This document shows positions 7,303 to 11,810 of a DNA stretch of 11,810 nt, piece after piece. The notes under the pieces were generated by a model. The model saw nothing but the letters and a program-made list of their open reading frames with translations. It had not been told where the DNA came from and did not search any database. The stretch's first letter is position 1. Each line of letters begins with the position of its first letter. The DNA comes from Fibrobacteria bacterium (GTDB lineage: Bacteria; Fibrobacterota; Fibrobacteria; UBA11236), in NCBI GenBank assembly GCA_041746255.1, contig JBGTHM010000066.1:1-11810 (forward strand), read 5' to 3'. The position numbers and the translations under genes are program-made.

Positions 7303-7945
7303 TGAATTATCCTATAAATCCAAAATATTCAATCCATTGTCCCCAGCCGATCGCAGGGCCGCTATCTTTTGCTTTTGAGACAAACCCGGGAATAATAGGC
7401 GCGACTTTTGCAGCAGAAAAGGACGCCGAAATTGATTCCTAATTAATGGCTTGTTTCGGCAAATCAATCAAATCTCCACTTGAATTGAACGTCGAACAAA
7501 TCTTCCTGTACAAACCGTGTGCTTAGTCAACCTCCTGTCGGAGGCAATGTCAGGTCCGTACACTAATCCCCTTTTTAAAGAAAAATATCCGGATTGGAAC
7601 AGGCTACCCGCACAATTTTAGTTCCTTGAGAATATCCGAGCCTTTTCAAAATGATGTTTGCAAGGTAACCGAGACTACCGCAGATGGCGGGAGCGATTCC
7701 ACCTGGTAGCCTTCCGGAAAAAACATCCTCGTAACATACAACTCCTGCGTACCCTTCTGAAGGCAAGAAATATACGCCTGTTTCCATTTAGGAACAAATG
7801 TCGCGCGGGGTGCAGTATAAATATGAAAACCCGAAATTAGGATAGGATAACCCATCCGAACCATGCGGTCAGACGGCTCTGGACTATAGAGTCGGGGTCG
7901 AAAAACCAATGGGACTGTTAGGGTTTTTTGCGGCAAGGTATGAGA

Positions 7946-9403
7946 ATGATACATGATATTAAGAAGAAAGTACTGATTCCGATCGTACTGTTCTTCCTTA
8001 CCTGTTCCGGCCTGGTAAATGCCCTGCAACATCCCGGTTTGCTGGATAGCAAAGCCGAATTGGACTTCGTTAAAGAGCAAATAGCGAACAAAAAAAATCC
8101 CTGGTTTGCGGAATTTGAGAGAATAAGAAAAGAGAATCCGGAAAACCATAATCCCAATGCCACCAAAGTTATTCCCAGCGCTAGGAGTTGGAGAAAAACA
8201 CTGTTTGCCGATGGAAAGGCCGCATATAACTCCGCTTTACTCTGGTACTATACCGGAGAAAAAAAATATGCGGACAATGCAATCAAGATCCTCAATGCAT
8301 GGTCGATTTTTGAGCGAAACGATCACGAATTGTGGCATGGCTGGGCTTTGCCCTGGTTTTTGAATGCCGCGGAGCTGATGATTCATCTGCCGAATACCCC
8401 CTGGCAAAAAGCGGATCAGGAAAAATTTGTGACGATGGTGCGCACGAAAATGCTTCCGCAGTATAGCAATCATAATGCATGGCGAAATAATGCCATGCTT
8501 ACCGTCATCGAAGTGCACATGGCCGCAGCTATTCTTATCGATAGCCAGACGGAATTCGAAGATGCATTGAAGCGGTGGCGTGCCTGGACTCCCGCATACG
8601 TCTATTCCAAACTGGATGGCCCAACACCCAAAGTCGTGGGTAAATCCGGTGAGATCTGGGATGCCAAGAAATACTACGACGGCCAATGTCAGGAAATTTG
8701 CCGTGACTGGGATCATATGAAGCTTGGAATGAACAGTCTCATGTTTGCCGCGGAGATGGCGTTTCACCAAGGGGTGGATGTTTGGAGCCAGGAAAAAGCT
8801 CGCCTCGCGGCCTTTGCGGAGTTTCAGGCAGGAATGAGTGTTGGCGCTATAAATGAACCCAAAGACATGTGTGACGCAGGCCGCATATATTGTATCGGGG
8901 CTGTAAAAGGCCAAACACCCAAAGGGAGTATGCCCTGTAAGGATAAAAACGGACCTGGTACCTGGGAGATGTTATATACGCATATTAATAACAGACTTGG
9001 ACATGATCTGCCAAATTTGAGGAAGATGCTTGGCAGTGATAACCGTTCGAGCGAACGTGTCAATGAAACCATGACCCATGGCAATCTGCCGGCTTCCATT
9101 TATGCAAATGCTCCAATTTTATCCATTACCTCGCCTGAACATAACGCGAAAAAAGGCATGAATATCGGTTCGCTCCCGGGCGGAACCGTCGAGCTTACCT
9201 TTTCAATGAGCTCTTCAAAATCGGTCAATGCGGCGATTTACACTAGACGCGGCGAGCTTTTGGAAAAAATCCACTTGGGAAAAAAGTCGGCGGGTACCCA
9301 CAAGGCCGTTTTACATACTTCGACACTTACTCCGGGGGTGTACCTCCTAAGGCTGGAATATGAAGGGGAATACGACACGCAATTCCTAACGGTTATCCGG
9401 TAG
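7946..9403 (+). CDS. Secreted alginate lyase family protein (PF05426-like alpha-helical toroid) with C-terminal T9SS-type sorting domain
   Basis: Signal peptide (KKKVLIPIVLFFLTCSGLVNA). Motifs HPGLL.S..ELDFVK, PW, D..AAY..AL.WY.TG..KYAD.AI.ILNAW, GQ.QE..RD..H..LG, AE.A.HQG.D.W. C-terminal AIY...G......L....AG.H......L.PGVYLLRL. Start at ATG 7946 (AAGG 7 nt upstream); 7940 is an alternative. Confidence 0.8.
   Translation: MIHDIKKKVLIPIVLFFLTCSGLVNALQHPGLLDSKAELDFVKEQIANKKNPWFAEFERIRKENPENHNPNATKVIPSARSWRKTLFADGKAAYNSALLWYYTGEKKYADNAIKILNAWSIFERNDHELWHGWALPWFLNAAELMIHLPNTPWQKADQEKFVTMVRTKMLPQYSNHNAWRNNAMLTVIEVHMAAAILIDSQTEFEDALKRWRAWTPAYVYSKLDGPTPKVVGKSGEIWDAKKYYDGQCQEICRDWDHMKLGMNSLMFAAEMAFHQGVDVWSQEKARLAAFAEFQAGMSVGAINEPKDMCDAGRIYCIGAVKGQTPKGSMPCKDKNGPGTWEMLYTHINNRLGHDLPNLRKMLGSDNRSSERVNETMTHGNLPASIYANAPILSITSPEHNAKKGMNIGSLPGGTVELTFSMSSSKSVNAAIYTRRGELLEKIHLGKKSAGTHKAVLHTSTLTPGVYLLRLEYEGEYDTQFLTVIR
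9167..9403 (+). repeat. C-terminal sorting-domain repeat, copy 1 (complete)
   Basis: GSLPGG...AAIY...G.L...I.LG...AG.HKA...T..LTPG; ungapped alignment with copies 2 and 3. The 14-mer TCGCTCCCGGGCGG is shared with copy 3. Confidence 0.9.
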
Positions 9404-9490
9404 CCTTTCCATATCCATTAAAGTGCAATCCTGAATTGGGTGAAACACAATTTTCATGAAAACTTCCGATATTCGAAGGGAATCTCCCCA

Positions 9491-10597
9491 ATGACCTTAC
9501 ACCCCTTTAGGGCTGTTGCGATTGCAACCGGAATAATCTGCCTAACCAGTAATCTGCTATGGGCGCAATTTTTTACACAGGTAGGCACGGACCCTACTTG
9601 GAAACACATTATCGATAATAAACTCATACCCATAGGCTCGAACTCCACAGCCGGAATAACCGGATCCCAGTTAACCGTGAATCGAGAACTCCTGGAAAAA
9701 GGGCTGTATGGCAACCTGCCGATTGATCCGAATATCAAAATCCATACGGTTGGGACCAGCAAAGTAGACAGAAACGATTTCAAAAAATGGTCCCGCTGGT
9801 ATCAGGAAGACGGGAATACGCAAATCTTCCGGTTATTTAAGGGTGAATACAATGTTCGCAATAATCGGGCTGGAGCCCCTCGGATAGAAGCGTTTTCAGA
9901 TCATAAATACAGTCAAGGAGGATGGCAGGAATGGGTCGGCAGATACACCATAATTAAAGCGCAAGACCTGAACATATTCCAGATTTTCGGCGACGGGCCC
10001 GGGGGAAACACAGGGCAGATGATGTTGGGCTTACGCTCGAATGGAGATGTTTACTTCAACCCCAGAAGACCCAAGGGTCACAGCGATGAAGTCCTGGTGA
10101 AAAACGCGGAAGGGAAAAGTTTTGACATCAGAATCCGGCATAATGGGAATGAATATGAAATCTATTTGAACGGAGAACTGAAGATAAAGCACCATGTACG
10201 CTCTAACAATAATCATTTCCGGTGGGGCATGTATGGTCATGACAATATGCCCGGAGAGGCGATGCTTATGATAACGGGCGCTACGGTAAACCCCGGAAAT
10301 AAGCCGCGCAATGCCAGTATCCCCGCATTCGAAAACAGTGCGAGACATAGTTTGAATGTCAGGTCACTCCCGGGGGGAATTGCTGAACTTGCCTTTGGCC
10401 TCACTTCCCAAAAACTAGTCAGTGCGGCGATATACAATAATAACGGCGCGCTTATGGCCAGAATCCCTTTGGGAGTCAAGTCCGCGGGCGCCCACAAAGC
10501 CTATTTCAGCACGTCGGCTCTTACGCCTGGGATACATCTCCTCCGGTTTGAATACGGTGGAGAATCGGCGACACGCTTTCTGTCGATTAACCAATAG
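9491..10597 (+). CDS. Secreted PL7-like (beta-jelly-roll) polysaccharide lyase-like protein with C-terminal T9SS-type sorting domain
   Basis: Signal peptide MTLHPFRAVAIATGIICLTSNLLWA. Motifs PRIEAF, IFQIFG, YEIYLNG and HFRWGMY fall in the order of the PL7 motifs RxELR, QIH and YFKAGxY. Same C-terminal domain as neighbours. ATG 9491 (GAAGGGA upstream) preferred over GTG 9440. Confidence 0.6.
   Translation: MTLHPFRAVAIATGIICLTSNLLWAQFFTQVGTDPTWKHIIDNKLIPIGSNSTAGITGSQLTVNRELLEKGLYGNLPIDPNIKIHTVGTSKVDRNDFKKWSRWYQEDGNTQIFRLFKGEYNVRNNRAGAPRIEAFSDHKYSQGGWQEWVGRYTIIKAQDLNIFQIFGDGPGGNTGQMMLGLRSNGDVYFNPRRPKGHSDEVLVKNAEGKSFDIRIRHNGNEYEIYLNGELKIKHHVRSNNNHFRWGMYGHDNMPGEAMLMITGATVNPGNKPRNASIPAFENSARHSLNVRSLPGGIAELAFGLTSQKLVSAAIYNNNGALMARIPLGVKSAGAHKAYFSTSALTPGIHLLRFEYGGESATRFLSINQ
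10361..10597 (+). repeat. C-terminal sorting-domain repeat, copy 2 (complete)
   Basis: RSLPGGIAELAF...LTPGIHLLRFEYGGE. The 20-mer CCGCGGGCGCCCACAAAGCC is shared exactly with copy 3. Confidence 0.9.
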
Positions 10598-10649
10598 AAA
10601 TTATTTCCGAAGTATCGATTAAGAATTTTAAAGTGGAGATTTATTAGAA

Positions 10650-11684
10650 ATGGACGCTAAAAACATCGTAATGGAAAAATCATTCCTGGTTGTAGCGGCA
10701 ATGATTATTGGTGCGCCCCAAATTTCAGCCGCAAATCCCGTATGGTCTGAAGACTTCGATTCCATGACGCCGGGGAGCAAATGGAAAGGCAATCCAGGAC
10801 TTACTATCATGGAAAATGGCGGAGTCGGTAATTCCAGATACGTGCGGGTTGAATACGACCTCCGCCAAAACCCGCCGGGTACGACGGTAAAACAATTCAG
10901 TCAGCCAATTCCAGCCGCAATGGAATATACCCTGCAGTATGACATGTATTTCGAAGAGAATTGGAACAATAACTATGGCGGTAAATTTCATGGCCTAAAA
11001 CCCGATGAGCATGTTACGGGCTGTAAAACGGTTCAGAAGCACACTTGGAGCGCACGTATGGTATTGAAAGATAGATCGCCTAATTTATATCTGTATGACC
11101 AGAAAAAAGGCGGCGGGTGCGGCAGAACCATCGGCGGATCTAATTTTAAAATGGATAAACTCAAATGGTACTCCATCAGTTACTATCTGAAAGTCAATAG
11201 CACCGCGAACGCATCGGACGGAGAAGCGCAGATATATGTAAATGGCAAACTAATGACTTCTACGACCAATATTCAGTTCCGCGGCCAAGACGGTGATGCC
11301 ACAAAAATCAAAAACTTTTTTTTCAGTACCTTTCTGATTCGCAACAGTACGGGACCAGTGGTTTCGAGGCAATATATCCGTTATGATAATTTCGCTGTTT
11401 TGCCGGGTAAGGCGATTCGGCAAAGCCCTGGAAGTGCCGGCCCATCTCCAATACTCGCCGGCTCCATAAATGCCCCCGGAAACAATGCGAATATAGGCAT
11501 GGCCGTCGGGTCGCTCCCGGGCGGGATAGCTGAGGTAACTTTTGCCCTCAATTCCCGAAAGTCGGTCAATGCTGCGATTTACAATAAAAACGGTGAACTC
11601 ATGGACAAAATCCGCATGGGAGTGAGGCCCGCGGGCGCCCACAAAGCCACTTTCCAAACCACCGCGCTTACTGATCTTATTTGA
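10650..11684 (+). CDS. Secreted PL14-like polysaccharide lyase with C-terminal sorting domain truncated by IS insertion
   Basis: Signal peptide. Motifs EYTLQYDMYF...W...GGKFHGL, WSARM, YLYDQ, WY.I..YLKVN...DG...IYVNG, IQFR, FFFSTF, YIRYDNF are typical of PL14-type lyases. The C-terminal domain follows its paralogs to TTALT and then ends in DLI-stop. ATG 10671 is an alternative start. Confidence 0.75.
   Translation: MDAKNIVMEKSFLVVAAMIIGAPQISAANPVWSEDFDSMTPGSKWKGNPGLTIMENGGVGNSRYVRVEYDLRQNPPGTTVKQFSQPIPAAMEYTLQYDMYFEENWNNNYGGKFHGLKPDEHVTGCKTVQKHTWSARMVLKDRSPNLYLYDQKKGGGCGRTIGGSNFKMDKLKWYSISYYLKVNSTANASDGEAQIYVNGKLMTSTTNIQFRGQDGDATKIKNFFFSTFLIRNSTGPVVSRQYIRYDNFAVLPGKAIRQSPGSAGPSPILAGSINAPGNNANIGMAVGSLPGGIAEVTFALNSRKSVNAAIYNKNGELMDKIRMGVRPAGAHKATFQTTALTDLI
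11508..11671 (+). repeat. C-terminal sorting-domain repeat, copy 3 (truncated)
   Basis: GSLPGGIAEVTF...HKATFQTTALT; similarity to copies 1 and 2 stops abruptly after CTTAC (11667-11671). Confidence 0.9.
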
Positions 11685-11710
11685 CTGAATTTTCGGACCG
11701 GTTCTAACCT
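11681..11710 (+). promoter_or_regulatory. Putative IS transposase promoter (pIRL)
   Basis: TTGACT (11681-11686), 18-nt spacer, TAACCT (11705-11710), just upstream of the orfA SD. Confidence 0.5.
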
Positions 11711-11726
11711 CAAAAAGGAGAACCGA

Positions 11727-11810
11727 ATGATCGAAGAAATCCTCACCCATTGCCGAAAAGGACCCGGTGGACGGCGTCTTTTGACTGCCGAACAGAAAAG
11801 ACGTATCGTG
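11727..11810 (+). CDS. Transposase OrfA (helix-turn-helix, HTH_Tnp_1-like), N-terminal fragment; not in the ORF track
   Basis: ATG 11727 after SD AAGGAG (11715-11720) gives MIEEILTHCRKGPGGRRLLTAEQKRRIV, matching the RR..T.E.K..IV start of IS3-family OrfA proteins. Open to the window end. Confidence 0.8.
   Translation, partial: MIEEILTHCRKGPGGRRLLTAEQKRRIV

Larger units (their letters stand above)
11672..11810 (+). mobile_element. Insertion sequence, IS3 family, left end (continues beyond window)
   Basis: Begins 5'-TGATCTTA exactly where paralog similarity ends (IS3-family ends start with TG), followed by a promoter-like box, SD AAGGAG and an OrfA-like reading frame. Confidence 0.8.

Noticed and set aside
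7531..7621. Hairpin CCTCC-TGTC-GGAGG followed by a 24-codon ORF (MSGPYTNPLF...)
   Set aside because: The GGAGG is only 2 nt from the ATG and the stem is only 5 bp; insufficient support.
7575..7787. Minus-strand 70-aa ORF containing GRLPGGIA, resembling the SLPGGIA start of the sorting domain
   Set aside because: Similarity does not extend with the right spacing and the codons differ; treated as coincidence. The 11-mer AATGTCAGGTC shared by about 7546 and 10355 likewise does not extend.
7646..8149. 167-aa minus-strand ORF (FVPKWK, PEGYQVESLP) as a possible IS200 or other gene remnant
   Set aside because: It overlaps the lyase gene start antisense, has no HUH motif, and the short matches are not diagnostic.
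1..11810. CRISPR array, rRNA, or short tandem repeat array
   Set aside because: No regularly spaced direct repeats or rRNA-like sequence seen; the only clear repeats are the three coding C-terminal domains.

Overview
Bacterial chromosomal window with three parts. (1) Left edge: the 3' end of a large serine recombinase/integrase-like gene whose last codons run antisense into an intact tRNA-Ala(TGC), most likely the att junction of an element integrated at that tRNA. (2) GC-rich core region: on the minus strand miaA, tRNA-Ile(GAT) and tRNA-Ala(TGC), the rRNA-spacer-type tRNA pair, here with no 16S gene upstream and apparently its own promoter. On the plus strand are a catalytically degenerate divergent polysaccharide deacetylase, pdxJ, and a type VI secretion ATPase (TssH/ClpV) with no other T6SS gene nearby. 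(3) AT-richer accessory region from about 6400: a Cys-rich lipoprotein, then three tandem secreted polysaccharide-lyase-like genes (PF05426 alginate-lyase-like, PL7-like, PL14-like). All three carry closely related C-terminal T9SS-type sorting domains, and the third is cut by an IS3-family element that runs off the right edge. A Fibrobacterota/FCB-group host is a plausible inference, not a result. All family calls come from motif recognition by eye; no searches were run.
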